Shown piece by piece: positions 34,931 to 49,743 of a DNA stretch of 64,000 nucleotides. The stretch covers positions 6,138,001 through 6,202,000 of the forward strand of contig OZ210885.1 in the NCBI GenBank assembly GCA_964658305.1, read 5' to 3'. A model generated the notes under the pieces. The model had not been told where the DNA came from. It saw only the letters and a program-made list of their open reading frames with translations, and searched no databases. The position numbers were made by a program, and so were the translations under genes. Origin of the DNA: Leptogorgia sarmentosa. Lineage: Eukaryota. How positions within the stretch are numbered: position 1 is the first letter of the stretch; each line of letters opens with the position of its first letter.

Positions 34931-35605
34931 TGTCTTTGTGCGACCGTATTGCACGATTGAAGAACAACTCGGGTTAAACGGTTACTGTGAAGATTCTGAA
35001 GCGTTGGTGGTGTCTCCTGAAGGAAAAAATTAGATGAACTATTTACCAGGGTCAATGTCATCACCTGCAAGCAACAAAAACTAGAAGAGTGTCCCACTTT
35101 CAGCCAGGCTTGAACTGTTTCAAGACCGGGCACTCTCCAAGTTAGTGCAAGTATGTTTGGTTCTGTTTTAGTATGGGCACACCAGGTATTGCAGTAGTAG
35201 ACGTTTATTTTTTATTTTTTTTTGGTGGGGGAGCGGGAACGTAAATTTTTTACTATAGATTAGTATTGCGTGTTACTAAAAATAGATTTGCATAGTCAGC
35301 AAAAAGTGTTTTTTGGACGGCGGGAGTAAGAAAAATTGTTCTAAATAGCTGAAAAAAATAGTAGAATTTTGCTAAAGTTGGGAAAGAATTTGTTTTTTGT
35401 TGGTTGTTGGGTGTGGTTGGTTGTGATGTGTTCTGCATTGCCAGGGTTACTTTGTGGGCCTTGGTTGGGCATAATGATTGTGATTTGAATTTCGCACTTT
35501 TTTATGTATTTGTTTTTCGGAAGTGATGCAACGTATGACGCGTCATACCAAGCTAATGAGATATATTATGCATACTCCTAACACAAAATGTCACTTTATT
35601 TCCTT

Positions 35606-37106
35606 TTATGTAATCATTGGAGACCAAAAGTTTGACATGCATGCAATGACAATCCATGCATCAGATGCAATACTGGAAGTAGTAATAGGTATGACTCGAT
35701 CAAAATAGTGCCAATTCTTCAAGCGTTCCATGTAACGTTCAACATGTATTCGCAAACTGGCCACTTTCTTATTATGTTCAGTTTCTTTCTTTGTAAATTG
35801 ACACTTGTCATTTAAAAAATTAGGCATGACTAAGCTGGCACCAACAGCAGCCAGCTGGTCTTGGACTAAAAACCCCTTGTCTGCCATTACTAGATCTCCC
35901 TTTTGCATGTGATTCAAAAATCCTGACTTCTCGACAATATCTGGATCACTTATTGATCCACAATACAGTTCACTAGCAAATGATACAACACCATTTGGAG
36001 TTATCCCAACAAGTGCTTTCATTGTCGTGTGTGCCTTATAGCTTGAATAACACACAGACTGCTTGTCAAGACTTGATGGGGATTCCATTCTGATCTCTGT
36101 GCAGTCTATAATAGAAACTAGCTGTGGATACAGTTGTTTAAATACAGGGGGCATATAATATTTCAGTTGCTCTTTGCTTGGCCATACAATACACAATGGC
36201 TGTAATTCACACTTCATGAATCTTATCCATGTTCGGAAAATTTCTGAGACTGTAGATACAGACACTCGAAACCTCTCTGCTAGATCCCTTTCAAGAAGTC
36301 CAAGCCTCAGTCGTAAGAGAACCAATGTAAATTCTTGCCACAATGATAGCTTTCGTTTGGTACCACACTTATTCTCATCAAAGTTCAACCTTTTGCGACC
36401 ACCATAACTGAGGTTGGCAGCTTTGTCCTTTAGCATATCAAAACACAAGAGCATTGAAGCATAATTTGGAAATCCTGTAAAGAATGATATGTCCTCATCA
36501 CAGTCTTTATAAGTATCAATATTAAATTTAGGTTCATGTTCAAGTTTATACTTGAATTTATCCAATTGATTTTGTAACAGGTTTACCTCTTCCTTCAGCT
36601 TTTCACCTTCCTGTTTACATGAAACATGAAAGTCAAATTATTCGGTTTGTACTTTTGTGCTGATTTGTACTTTCTCATCCTTGTTTTCCTTATTATCGAG
36701 GTCACCGTTTAGCTGGTTAACATTGAGATTGAGTTCAGACAAAGTTGTGTTTTCTGTACGTAAAACTACTTGATCCTTTGGCAGTGTCATCAAAGAATTA
36801 TCCTTGATTTTTTTGGGTCTTGGCGTCAACTCGTATTTAATAATTTCACGGCGTCGTTTCACAGGCTTGGACCAGGGAAATATAGTTGGTAGTTGGGTTC
36901 GGCATACCCTTTCTCCTTCGGGGAAAATGCTTGCCGCATATCTTAGTGCTATCGGTAACTGAAAATTCCTTGAGATTATTATTGCTTATTAGTCTCTTGT
37001 ACTCAGCAAACACTTTAGGGTCTCGTGGAAGAGAGTGGAACTTCAGTTCTGGAGAATTTCGCCAGTTATTGCCACAATTTGGCACACAACAGTTCAATTT
37101 TCCCAT
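35606..37106 (-). mobile_element. ISL2EU/Harbinger-type transposase (THAP + HTH + DDE)
   Basis: THAP CCVPNC...FHSLP...ICGKHF; FFTGFP; LLRLRLGL; IIDCTEI; SSYKAHTTMKALVGITPNG; VMADKGF; RIHVER; linker frameshifted. Confidence 0.9.
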
Positions 37107-39524
37107 GAAATATTTTAAAATATTTTGTTTATGTAAAGTTGTAAACTTACTTTTCCCCCGTCCCAAATTCAGCCCCACAATCCCGTAGGAGATGAATTCG
37201 GCACCAGTCTTCTTCTGAATTTCGGAAAGGGGAATTGGTTGTTTGCGATGGGTGTTTCTGATGCTGTATGTGATTGGTTGAGTCAAGGGATCGGTACTAT
37301 ATAAGTCCGGTTGATGTGGTTTGGAAAGTAAAACAGAGCTCGTATTAGAAGTAAAGAAGTCAAGAAGACCACGAAGCTAGTCATGGATCCAAAGTATGCC
37401 GAGGGGCGAAGGCCTTTTTCGAGGGCGAGTCCTCCGACGAGGATTTTAGCGACGTCTGATTTGCTGAGCGCCTTGTCGAAGAGACGCTTTTACCAGAGTA
37501 AAACTCTTGAGTATTCAGAATGACTTCAAAAAGCAAGGGCGTCAATCCTGGGAGTTACCGGTTTTTAATTTTTGACATCGAACAAAAAAACCCATGCTCG
37601 TTTTCTACATAAAGTTATTAATCTTCATAGCTTAGCTGAACTGCATAGCCGAATGCTTAGTTTGATGTTATTGCTGAAGTTGTTTATTTTCAACTATAAA
37701 TATAGTTCCTCTATAAACTCAGCCTTTGGCAGTTATTATTATCTCTAAGGTTCGCACCAGCTAAAAATATGGTATCAATTATATATCAATGTTGCAAAAT
37801 CTATTATCAAAAAAATATATCAATGTTGCAAAATCTATTATCATGATATATCATGCATTTCATTGTAAGAAATCAAAAAAGAAATTGAACATTTCAAACA
37901 TTGACCCATCTCTATTGAATTTTGGCTAAATAAGGTTGACATAGTATGAAACATTTTGGAACTCGTAGATTTTCTAGTTTTAATGGTGGAAGGGTGAGTG
38001 ATGTAGTTAATTTCAGTGTGCAGTGTTCATTTTAAGATGTAGAATTGCCAATCTATAACTTCTCAGTCACTTTCAGATGTTTGTTTTCGACTAACTTGCT
38101 ACAGTGACTCAGTGCTAATAGTGTTACAGACTAGAAATACATATATGCAGCAACCCCTTGCCTTACTCCCAAAAAAATGCAACTATATTTTTGGAACATG
38201 AAGAATTTAAAGCCGCCTGAGGTTGTTGTATGGCAACACGATCAGAATTCATATTTCTGTATTTTTTTGAAAACACTCAAAATATCAGCTTTCATCTTTG
38301 TTTTATTGGCATTTTTTTGTTTATTGACTGATGTAAACTTGAATTTGGTGCGAAATACTACATTTATTTGCATACAACGTTTTAAATATTCAAGTCAGTC
38401 TTTGATATGAAACAATTTCCAGCCAGACTCCAGTGTTCCCTTGTGTTCTTTTGGTTAAAGTTTGTAAATATTTTGTGAAGTCTTGCATTTAAAAACATAA
38501 ACTTATACTCTGGATTTAAGCCGTGAATTGGTTAAACGCGGCTACGGGCGGCGACCTTTCACGAAAATAGTAAATATATATACACAAAACAAAAGTTCAC
38601 TGCGGACAATATATTGACAAACTTATCCTGTGTTTCAATCCATAGTCGTTTCGTCCCATTTCTCAGCGTTTTATATCATCTAAGAGGGCTTTTCAAGTCT
38701 TACGCACAGATCTTGTCTTTGTTTTCCCCTTTCCAAAGCTTTAAGAAGCTCCTTGAAAGCTCTAAACAGCTTCGGTTATTCATGTTAGTCCGCTATATTT
38801 TAGAGATCAGTGATGATTTACGATGCACAATGAGCCAAAATGGCGGCCAAATTGAGCAACTTTGGGCTCCGCTATGCGGAATTATTACCCTCGCCGCTAA
38901 TCCGCTTCAAGACCCTCCTTATGCCATTTTCAGAATAATAAATGTAGACTCGTTCCAGTCTACGAATGAAAGATTGCTACCATTAAGTCATTATATAACT
39001 TTATAACTTTTATGATGACTATAGTCATCAGTAAAGGAAAACAAGAAATGGTAAAAACTGACATGGACATAAACAATCACCGAGGACTAAATAATCATGT
39101 TTACACACTACGACTTACCCATCTTACTGAATTTGAATATATATTAAGTCATTATATATAAAGAAAAGGAAATTAAGGAGATCAAATATAACAAATTATG
39201 TTACACATTACATTCCCTCTAACACATTTGTGATTATAAAAAAATAATGCAAAACTCCAAAGATGAATTAAATAAGAAATTATACTTTTTTTTTTTTAGA
39301 AAAGGACTATCAACATCCAAATTTTTATTGGATTGTACCGTCAGGTAACAATAGGCTACAAAATAAACATCAGGGAGGCCCGCTTCACTTGAACCGGCAC
39401 TGTTCACATGCAATGTGCTTACAACTCGAAGTTGTACAATGTAAATTAACACTACAACTTGCTTCGACAGTTCAATACAACACAAAAAAACTTGTAGCCT
39501 TTTGAAAGCATGCTTGAAGCCCCT

Positions 39525-39720
39525 TACAGTGATAGAATTCACTCCAACAACATTGCTCAGCTCTTTGTACAAACGATCTTGAATATCTGGATGGCAAGCG
39601 AGGCAGTATATTGCCCAAGTCATTATTGTAGTTGTCGTTTCGAGACTAGCACCAAACAAATCTGTCAGTAGAGCAACTATGTTTTCTTCATCCAAGTCAT
39701 GTTCTTCTCCTCTCCAGACT
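39525..39720 (-). pseudogene. Isolated cytochrome P450 fragment (I and J helices)
   Basis: DEENIVALLTDLFGASLETTTTIMTWAIYCLACHPDIQDRLYKEL; no ExxR or heme-Cys exon found. Confidence 0.8.
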
Positions 39721-39724
39721 CTTG

Positions 39725-41497
39725 ATATTGGAACAGTCTATGGCATGACGTTATTAGCAGTGTTGTTTATGAGCAATGGGAAAGTAAAACTCGCTGACCT
39801 CGCACCCATTACTTCGAAGAAGGGAGAAGATGTCGCTAATGTTTGCTTTGAATCTTGTAAACTGCATGGAAAGGTAATGCATATTTTAAATATTTCAAGA
39901 ACTCTGCAGTTCCCTTGAAACTTCAAAATAAAATCTACCAAGAGTTTTACTGAGGATAGGCAGTAGGCGTGTTAATACAACTTATTGCTGTCTGATGATG
40001 CCTTGGATATTGGTAGATTGATACAGATTGTTAATGTTTTAAAACTTAACGTATTTTTCAGATTAAACAGGAGGACTCAAAAGAGAAAGTCGTTGGCATA
40101 ACGGGAGATGGAGCGTTTGCTAAAGGAAACAAGCCCTTCAAGAATACTATTGCCGCTCTTCTAGGGAAAAATATCCAAGGAAAGACAAACCGGCTAAAGA
40201 AAAAGACGATTCGTCATAAGCATGCAGGGTTCAAGGAAAGGTTACACTTTTGTTAATACACCATTTTTCACTCTTTTTATAGTATGTAAATAAGTTTTGT
40301 GTGACCACGCTAGAAACAACAAAGCGTAATTAATATACATCAAATTCCTCACTCGCTCAGTCCAAAGGACACGGTAGTTGAGCACACGACCGACTCCAAT
40401 GACGATGATATGGAAGACCATATAAACCAACGAGAGATGAGCTCGCTGGTCTCGGAGCTTATTGACTATATACAGGTAACATGGGGTCATGCATACTATT
40501 TGTCAGCAATTATAATCAATCACCAATACCTCCTTTCATACACATATTAAGGATGAGGCAAAACGCTATCGCACAGGTATACAATACCTGAGGAATTTCA
40601 AGCATTTCTAGAAAATGCGTTGTATTTTGTCATACCATCTAAGTATATCCTTGTAGCACAATGTCATGGACTTGTCATGTTTGCTCTGAAGATAATCCTG
40701 AAGAATGTACAGAGGACAGATTTGACACATAGCTATGTGCAATCTGTCATTGTTGGAAATGTAATTTTTTATGTTACGTTATTCTACGACACGAATTAAG
40801 GCTCTTTAATGTGTTCGACATTCAAGTAGATCACACTGAAGTTGTACAACCAGCTAACACAATCTCGTTTCAGGTTGGTTTGAATGCAATGAAGCTGGCA
40901 TGCAGAGTAGCCAAAAACTTTCATGATGAAGTCAGCCTTGATTATCTTGATCATGATATTGATTTGATTGAAGAAACAAATATTTGTTTGCAATCAGAGA
41001 AGAGTTTTTGTAAGGAGCTGTCAGAGTATCTTGTAAAGAAAGGTAGCATCTATACCAAGCAAGAGAGTTATGACCGAGCAACTAGATCTGCTCCTTTTTC
41101 CATGAATGATGCCAAAGCTGCAAGTTTACTGTACACTGATCTTCTTTGGAGAGCCATTAGAAAGCGACTACAGTTCACAGATTTGACGCAATCAGCCTGT
41201 GCTTATTCTGAAGCCCCAGCTGAGGGCATTTTTAGTATATACGGAAGAGTTAGCAAGGGAAGAGAATCAGCTACTGTTGATTTGATACAGATGTATACTT
41301 TGATACATTTGGTTGCTCTTACAAGAGTGGCTGCACATGGACCTCCTGCTGGTACTGAAGATGCAGCGAAACTGTCCAAAGATGCAATGCAGAACTTCAA
41401 ATCAAGATATGGGGAGAGGTTCTGTAGCAGGTTATGGATGCTAGGTAATACCTCTTCAACAGTGACCAGTCTAAGGAGTGCAAAATGGGATTGGTAA
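39725..41497 (+). mobile_element. Spliced hAT-like transposase remnants
   Basis: KVVGITGDGAFAKG (catalytic DGA) near 40085-40130; C-terminal SEAPAEGIFS...R...LVALTRVAAHGPP resembles the hAT dimerisation region. Confidence 0.55.
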
Positions 41498-43582
41498 TTT
41501 GGCAATAACAGCTAGGCAACTTAGATTCTTACGGTACTGCTCATTGCTCAAAAATGACCAAACAGAAAACACGTTCGGAAAACGTTCATCAATGCGTTCC
41601 AATTTGCGTTCAACGTTTACCTGAACTATGAATAGTCTACACTAGACACTCATTTAACATTTATAATCATTTAACATTAAACAATTAAACGTTGTTGTGT
41701 TATTCAGTTATTGTTGTCAATGTTGTGAAATATGTTCATTTCAATACAACCCATTTTAACATTCTTGGTTCTTGTACCCCACAACCTCCATCACGCTCTT
41801 TTGACTGCGTGCAAAAGTCAAAACGCCAAACCAGCCCTCCCTGGGTACAAGAATGTGGCATAGCCTAGCTAGCTCCATTTGAAAATTGGCTACCTCCACA
41901 AAAATAAAATCTACAGGTATGATGTAACTTAGTTTTTGTCTTTTTTGTCAAGGTATTACAAATATAAGCTGGGCTAATTACTTTAAGCTAATTATTTGAA
42001 ATCCATTTTTCGCATGTCTGCAAACAAGAATGAGATGATTGCCATTTTAAATCATGAATTTCCCCCAGAGTTTAAACTATGGCTGAATGACTCGATGACT
42101 GATGTGATTTACCCCACTCATCACAATACTGCAAAGTTTTTGCACTAAAAAGGGGTCGAAAAATTCGTTGCAGCAACACTTTAAGGATGATTTTCTCAAC
42201 TATGCAAATCGCTAGTTTTTCTTGTATATAGTAGCAGTTTTGTAAATATTTTCATATTGTCTCCTGATATTGTACAAACCCCAGTTTCCATTACTGATCT
42301 ATGTATACACATATGGCATACATGTGCAAAGACTGTCATAGAGTTTGCATCATGTGTGTTCACGTGACATGTGATCGGGAAAAGTATATTGTTGTTGTTT
42401 TTACTAGTCCTAACAACTGTAGAAATTGTTAGCTTTGGTTCTTCTATTTGGTATGTCGTATATTCTTGTATGATGTCTACTTCGTCTATCACATTCAAAT
42501 CTAACTTCCTCTCGGGGAATTTTTGGAATTGGTGCATTTTTTATGTCCTTAGATTGGACTTCACGCTTGAAATGAGTGCTTGAAATATGTGTGTGACTAC
42601 ATGACATTAGGGTTCATGCGATTACATAATTTTGAGCAGCATAAGTGAGCTAACCTAAAAGCAAGCAGATTGGATTTTGCGCTTGAAATGAGTGCTTGAA
42701 ATATGTGTATAATAATGTGGTTGCTTATTATGGCGTTTCTTCTTTTAGACCAATTCACAAATATCATGTCTCGTACGAAGTGATGTATCGGAGCCAACGT
42801 ATTTGAAACAGCAAGCACTGTCGGTTTCATGGTATGACTCTCTTACTTCTGAAAATGATTTGCATGAGCTCGTTAAATATTCAAAATCGCAAAGGACGTA
42901 CACAAAACGCCATACTTCTCATATGCATAGGGTGAGTTCAACCACTATAGAATCAATTTCAATGCTACAAGTAGGCTAACCATATGACAATTCTAAATTC
43001 TTTTCTGAAACAATTGGTGATTTGGAACCATTTTCGTGTTCAAATCCAGTGCGGCACAACTCTAGTGAAGAGTTCGAATTCACACCAGCGGAATTGGATG
43101 CGTCAGACAGTTCCCTAGAACTTTGCAATGCATAAAAAAAATGTGCCAATTAGTCCAACAAATTGTAGCAATCCAGACGTTTAAATTGGGCAAAGGACAT
43201 CAGAAAATGCACCAATTGACGCAACAAATTGTAGTAATCTGGACGTTTCAAATGAGGGAAAGGACTCTTAGGAAAGATCACACGCTAGACAATAAATATG
43301 AAGGGGAGTAATACGATCGATCAACAATTCAATCTGATCGCTTACTCGCCACTGAATAATTTAAAGCATCTGTGAAACTTTTCGCCTCCCATGTATGTAC
43401 ATGATAATGCCATTGTAATGAAAGCACACTATATGGTGAACACCAGTATGAACACAAGTAAAACCATTATAGCATGTTCCAATAATACATGGTATAGACC
43501 ATATCACACAGATAACATACATACCGATTGTAAACTAGCAATCCAAGGATAGTGCAAAGTTTCTACGAAGATATCGAGCTGA

Positions 43583-43677
43583 AGCTGATGTTACACTGGA
43601 CATTTTTTCAACGCTTGGCAAGCTTGTCCTGTTGCAATGCGAATTGTCGTTAAAAATCATTCCATGTAACATCAGCT
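43583..43677. mobile_element. Small MITE, Harbinger-like
   Basis: TIR AGCTGATGTTACA / TGTAACATCAGCT; TSD not clean. Confidence 0.55.
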
Positions 43678-44469
43678 CAGAGAAAAACTTGATGTAATAC
43701 AATGATGTGATCACAGGTTGTCAATTTTCTCTTCTGAGCCAATCAGCTAACAACATTGTTTCATTATAACCCAACTCACTGCAGAAGCATTAGTTAAAAG
43801 AAAGCCTAGCGTTGCCAAATTAACATCTGTCACGAGATTTCCTTTAACTATTACTATTGGGAATGCACTTGAGAATGGAGAAGCAGAAAATCTGGGATTT
43901 TTGGAATTATAATTATACCATACAGACTCATATTAAAGGCTTGCAGCAGCCAACTCCACAAGAAGTCCATTCGCACTCCGTTGAGACTACTGGACTGACT
44001 TATATTGATTTGGGCAAATTCAAGGTATTTATACATTTACTCACCATGTTATGTCACCTTTATCCTATTTGTTGTCAGAGTTGATTACCTGAACAAAAAA
44101 ACAGCAGCAGATATGGATTTTTTTCAGGTTTCTTTCATCAAACTTAAAGAACCATCACATCATAGCCTACTTTATTTATAATACACATCTGCTTATCAAC
44201 ACCCTTCTTCACCCACAGGTGATAACAGCAAGTCTGGCAATAGACATTAAATTAAACAAAAAGAGGAAGCGAAACGATAAACAGTTTTATAATGTCATGG
44301 CAAAAAAAATAAAGGTAAGCAAATTTCCTGACGACCAAAGCCTTCCCAAAAGCTCTACACACGGCACAACACACAGACAAACATAACCCATGGAGAGAGA
44401 ATTGTTGGACAAGTATTTTGAAACACAAGATGTAATGCAAGTTCAAGCCAAAACAATGTCTGTCTTAAA

Positions 44470-44811
44470 AATGCACAGCTCCAACAAAGAAGAAGCAAAT
44501 GTTCGACCTTATGAAAGCTTTCGTGGTGCAGAATTCCAATGGCTGTATAATTGATCATCCGTCGCAACGACAACATAGCTGTTTGATGATGGAATCTGAT
44601 GAAAAAATGTGGTTGTACTTTGATGATGCATTGGATTCGGTGTGTGAAGGAACGGTTGCAGATAACTTTTATGAACAATCTATATGACAATAAACCGCAA
44701 GTTCATGGACTTGAACTTTTAAATTACAGATGTAAAGAGTGGCGAAAAATGTTTTGCTCTCGGGAAAGACGACCTATTATAGCTACTTTTCAGTTTGCAC
44801 AAATAGCATAA
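44470..44811 (+). pseudogene. Virus/Polinton-accessory-like ORF remnant
   Basis: NGCIIDHPSQRQHSCL Cys/His motif; intronless; followed by AATAAA. Affiliation from recall only. Confidence 0.35.
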
Positions 44812-46254
44812 CTATAAAAGTAAAATAAAAACACATATGTATAGGGTTTTTTCCTAGATCTTGTGATAATGTTGGCAGTGTTTATGACAAAATGAATGAA
44901 ACATTGAAACTCTGAATCTAATAATGAACCTTTCATGTTGCTGAATGCCAATCTTAATGCATTGCACACCGAAAAAAATCTTTACTTCGCTTAACAACAT
45001 TAAGCATCGTTAATAGGTTCGGCAAAGAAGAAACAATTATATTTTGATGCAATTACAGGTCTTATTATTTATGAAGTTACTCTTACCGTTTGTCAATGTT
45101 AGACCTATACAAATATCTAACTTTCACATTACCAAATGTAACGTTTGAGTTTTGTGGGAATATGATATTTTGCTCATTGCATGCAATGAACAAACCATAG
45201 GGGGAGTAAACTGCACAATCATATTGTTTCATAACAATCATATTGTTTAAACCTTATCAATCATATTCTTTTTTACTGTTTCATATCTTTTTTGGTGGCT
45301 GTAAAATTTGGCAAGACCTGCTGATACATACTGACAATAAAATGCCCATACACACTATACCTAAATATGTTTTGTTTCGAATTATTCACAGATCTTATTA
45401 TTTATAAAGTGATTCTTACTGTTACTTAACAAGAAGTCTATAAAACATCAGACATTTAGGTTGTCATTTAGGTAAAGTTCAATAAAATTTTCATAAATGA
45501 ATGCAGACATGAAATGAACACATGGCTTTTTCACATTTCTCAATCATGGTAAGAACACTTGAGGAGATGGTTGCTCCTTCATTGTCCCACAAATTAGAAC
45601 CGAAGCTGGCAGAAAGACATTTAAGTTCCAAGGATGCAAATTATTTAATGAACTTCCTAAAGAAATGAAAACTGAAAAATCAATTGTTAGATTTAAAGGA
45701 AAACTAAAATCCTTATAATCCGAATTTTTTTAGTAACTTTTTTAGTAACTTTTATTAGTTAGTAGTTTTTATCTATTCGAACCTGGATGTTTTTTAACTT
45801 TTATAGAACGTATAGTTGATTAATGTAGATGGTACAGGTCCTTGTAGGATAACAGCATTTACTGTAATAGCTGAACAAGTTAACCTGTATAAAGATGATT
45901 AATAATACTGTGGGAGTAACGTCATCTGGACGACATCAGTTCTCATATGGAACATGAAGGCTGGACTCAACATTGATTTTAACGATTTTAACACTAGGAC
46001 TTCATAACAATAAACTATTTCCAAAAGTCCCAACATCATACTTGCCATGTAAACAAGAACTTTAGTAAACCATATCGGCTTTCAAATGAGATTTTTTACC
46101 GCGTTGTAGGCCACCGTGTTGCGTCGTTTTGAATCTTAAACCTTTATTGACTAGAAACATTAAATAAATGTTCAAATTTCTTGTTTGGGGAAAACAGGCA
46201 GTTACTTCGCGTATTTCTTACCTATTTAGCGCATATAATACTTTATTTATATAA

Positions 46255-46418
46255 TTATATCGCGTTTTATCCCCATATCCGCGTTTTATCCCCATATCCG
46301 CGTTTTATCCCCATATCCGCGTTTTATCCCCATATCCGCTCCGCGTTTTATCCCCATATCCGCTCCGCCAATCCGCTCCGTCAATCCGCCCATCCGCTCC
46401 GCGTTTTATCCTAACCCA
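46255..46418. repeat. 19-bp minisatellite (CCGCGTTTTATCCCCATAT)n with ATCCGC repeats, probable end of a non-autonomous element
   Basis: About five units, ending ttttatcctaaccc. Confidence 0.75.
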
Positions 46419-46694
46419 CATTCAGTACGATTAGTATCTACAATTTCTCAATAACCTGATAACGGATATGATCCCAAGCCCAACTTTAAACCCCATTTCT
46501 ACTCTTACGTTCATGTTGTGACCTGCGATGTCTGAGATTTTTTAACGCATTACATCATAAGCCCTTCATCTTGTTCCCTGTGCGTTTAGGGAACGTTCAG
46601 AGTTTTTTTCCCCCCCACTCAACATCAGTAGCAGCGAGGTCATCTCCATCAATCACTGAATTGCTCTTGTCAGCTATTGAGTTGATATGACTAA

Positions 46695-46738
<44 letters not shown>

Positions 46739-46740
<2 letters not shown>

Positions 46741-47317
46741 AAACTTTATTAATAGAACATTTATAGATATATACAATTGTAAATCTCACTTCTTGAGGTA
46801 ACCTACAATTGACGACTTGAATCACTTATACATGCATGGTTATAATCTTATATATACAAAAATTGTTAATTAGTTATGGAAATAGTTACTTTAAAGGTTC
46901 ATTAGTTCGGGATTTGTCCATTCTTTGTTTCTACAGCAAAATATGTAGTACGTTGATCGGATGGCAATAGATATGATTCTTCTGATACAATATTGTTGGT
47001 GTGGTTTATCCAGTCCTAACTCATTTAGCATTTTTATGAATGTATGACATTCTTTGTCAAACATCCCTAGCGAACTGACAGAAAGATTTATGAACTTAAC
47101 AGATGTAAAGTTTTGATCCAGTTCTGTAATTAGGTTTTTATATTTAGCTTTCTTGCGGTTAACATTGTTTGTGAGGTTTGATTCGAAGCCTACGGTAAGT
47201 TCAACAACGTAGAGGTGTTTGTCCGAAGTGGAGACAAGCAAATCAGGACGGTATTCATTTCCCGTAATAATCGAGGGGCTTTCGAATCCAGGAAGATCAA
47301 CATTTAATTTGCATTCG
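46739..47317 (-). mobile_element. 5'-truncated non-LTR retrotransposon with restriction-like endonuclease
   Basis: RPDLL...VVELTVGFE...RKKAKYKNL (PD-(D/E)xK motif); 3' UTR with AATAAA; (TAA)n on both sides. Confidence 0.85.
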
Positions 47318-48925
47318 TAATAATAATAATAATAATAAATAATAATAAAAATGTATGCCAATGAGAAAAAATGGCACGAACTGAGTCTGTATAAACGATT
47401 GTAGATTTTTCTGTTGTATCAGATGCTACTCTAGCCAAAACAACAACTGTAATCAGAACACCATGGCAGCTTTGAAGGACCACCTCTGTAGCTCAGGTCT
47501 TAAAAGATTCGAGTCAAAAGATGGTCGAGGATTCACGAAATGTCACACGGAAACTTGTATGTTATTTGTGGCAGAGGAGAACTATACCGAACTGGTTGAG
47601 GTCTTTCAGTCGAAGGTACACAGCAAGTTTAAACCAAACAACTTCCATTATGCAGCAAACCATGCCCTCCCGGACAAGAATGAGAAGTGACTTTTCGCAT
47701 GGGCCTACCAAATCAAAACGAAAACGGGCGTGTGATGTGTTGTTGAAGAAAACCAGATTACAACTGGAACGTTTGCACAAATGGGCAATTCGAAAAAACA
47801 GAAAAGACGAATATTAAAAAAATTAACAGGGAAATCGTTAAGAAATCTCCCAACCTGAGTCAAGTTTTGCAATGGCAGGACAAAGCATCAAAACTCCTTC
47901 TCAAGGGTTAAAGATGATGGAGAAAAGAGCTGTTTTAAAACAGCCTGATTCGGATCAACCTAAAACAGTCCGCTTCAAGTTAGAAAAGGTTTCGGAAAAA
48001 TTCGATAATGACGATTTTAAAGTAAAAGACATCCTAAACAAACTAGACGATCTATTTACCAAGAGAGCATAGACCAAGGTTGTTGAAAATTTACAATCAG
48101 TTTAGTTAATCATGTGTTTTTTACTTTCTTAAACATATAAGCTTATTGAACAAACATTGTATATATATATATATATTTTTTACTTTCTTAAACATATAAG
48201 CTTCTTGAACAAACATATATATATTTTTTGTTCATAGGTAAAAACACAATGCGACTTGCAAATGCCACTCAAAGACAAGCTTCGCATTATGAAAAACGAC
48301 GTGCGTTTTTATTGGTTAAAATTCACAACCGCAAGTCTATTAATTCTATTGTGAATCATGGCTGCCAATGCAACAGAATTGTTGGAGAGCCGCTTGCAGT
48401 TTTCACTCAAGTGTGTGAATGCGGAATATATATCAGTTCATTTACACACAATCAAGGAATTACTGAATCTTGCCACAGTTAGTAGACGAAGACTGGTTAG
48501 GCTTGTCAGTGATGTCACAATTATGTTATTGTTCACTTTTTATTTTGGTCACATGACCAATATAGTGCATCGATGCTGAAAACTCATTACAGATACAATG
48601 TATAATCGTTCTACTTGCAGACCGAAACGTTGTTTTCTCGCAGGTAGTCGCTTTTTTCAAGCTTTCAACCACTCGAACATACAGGGAAATGTAATGCCTG
48701 GTTCAAATGCGCTTTTTATGGGTGTTCGACCAGTAGAAAACACGGCCTTTCGTTGTTTCGAATCCCTACTGTCACTGCTTCAGACAGCGACCACACAAAA
48801 TCATTGAAGGAAAATGCGCGTAAAGAATGGCTTCATTTATTATTGAGAATGAGAGAATATATATTTATATTTACTGAACAATATTTATATCTGTGAGCTT
48901 CATGTGTATATATATATATATATAT

Positions 48926-49743
48926 GTTTGAAAAATTTGTAATCCAGGCATGTTTATGTTATGAAAAGTGTTCTCCGGATTAAAGTTTTTGTGTTTCACA
49001 AGCTTTCAACTTGGTGCTTCAAGTCTTCGTCAGGTTGTGTGGGAATGTTCGAGGTGGGATGCTTTTATGCGTGCTTGATTACGTAGGCGTAGCGAGCGTC
49101 TGATTGGTTGGTTGGTCTGATCGGTGATTGGTTGATTTTGGTGGGCGTTGATTGGTTGGTTTTGGACGGTTTTGATTGGTTGGTTTTGGACGGTGTTGAT
49201 TGGTTGGTTGTGTTTGGTGTTTGATCCTCTGTTGATGTCGTGGTGTTTTTGAAGTGGTTGGTACGCGGCAGGGATATCAATGTGTCTGTTAATCGCAGGT
49301 TTTTGACGGCTATGCCATGCTTCTTTTAACTCACGTGCTTCTCTCGTGTTAGCCTGGGTCAGTACTGTTGTTTTCGTCCAGTCAAATCTGTGATCGTTGT
49401 TGATGACGTGGGCAGCCGGCAGGGATAGTGGGTCTTCTCGTTTAATAGCGTTCTTGTGTTCCGTGATGCGTGATTTGACAGTTTTTGATGTCTCGCCAAT
49501 GTAAACCTTTTCGCAGTCTTGGCATGGAATTTGGTATATAACGTTGTGTTTGTCAAGGTGATCGGTTTTGTCTTTGTGAGACGTGAAGAAGGATTTGAGT
49601 TTGTTTGTGGGTTTATGTGCTACTTTCAAATTATGTTTTTCTAATATTCTTGCTGTTGTCTCGGAAATCTTATTGATGTATGGGAGAGTTATTCGTTTGG
49701 TGGGTCTTTCGTTTGGTGGGTCTTTCGTTTGGTGGGTCTTTCG
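48926..49743 (-). mobile_element. Inverted 3' copy (pseudo-LTR) of the Penelope element
   Basis: Reverse complement of ~50782-51538 with only two amino-acid differences in translation, plus a ~29-nt extra tail before (TA)n. Confidence 0.95.

Noticed and set aside
39988..40027. Additional hammerhead (CTGATGA-tgcc...ggta)
   Set aside because: The GAAA core is absent (gatt) and no stem III can be drawn.
47463..48072. Named viral genes
   Set aside because: Intronless and virus-like in style, but no diagnostic motif supports a product call.
49583..49743. N-terminal extension of the 626-aa Penelope ORF
   Set aside because: It is the antisense read of the inverted copy, not native coding sequence.
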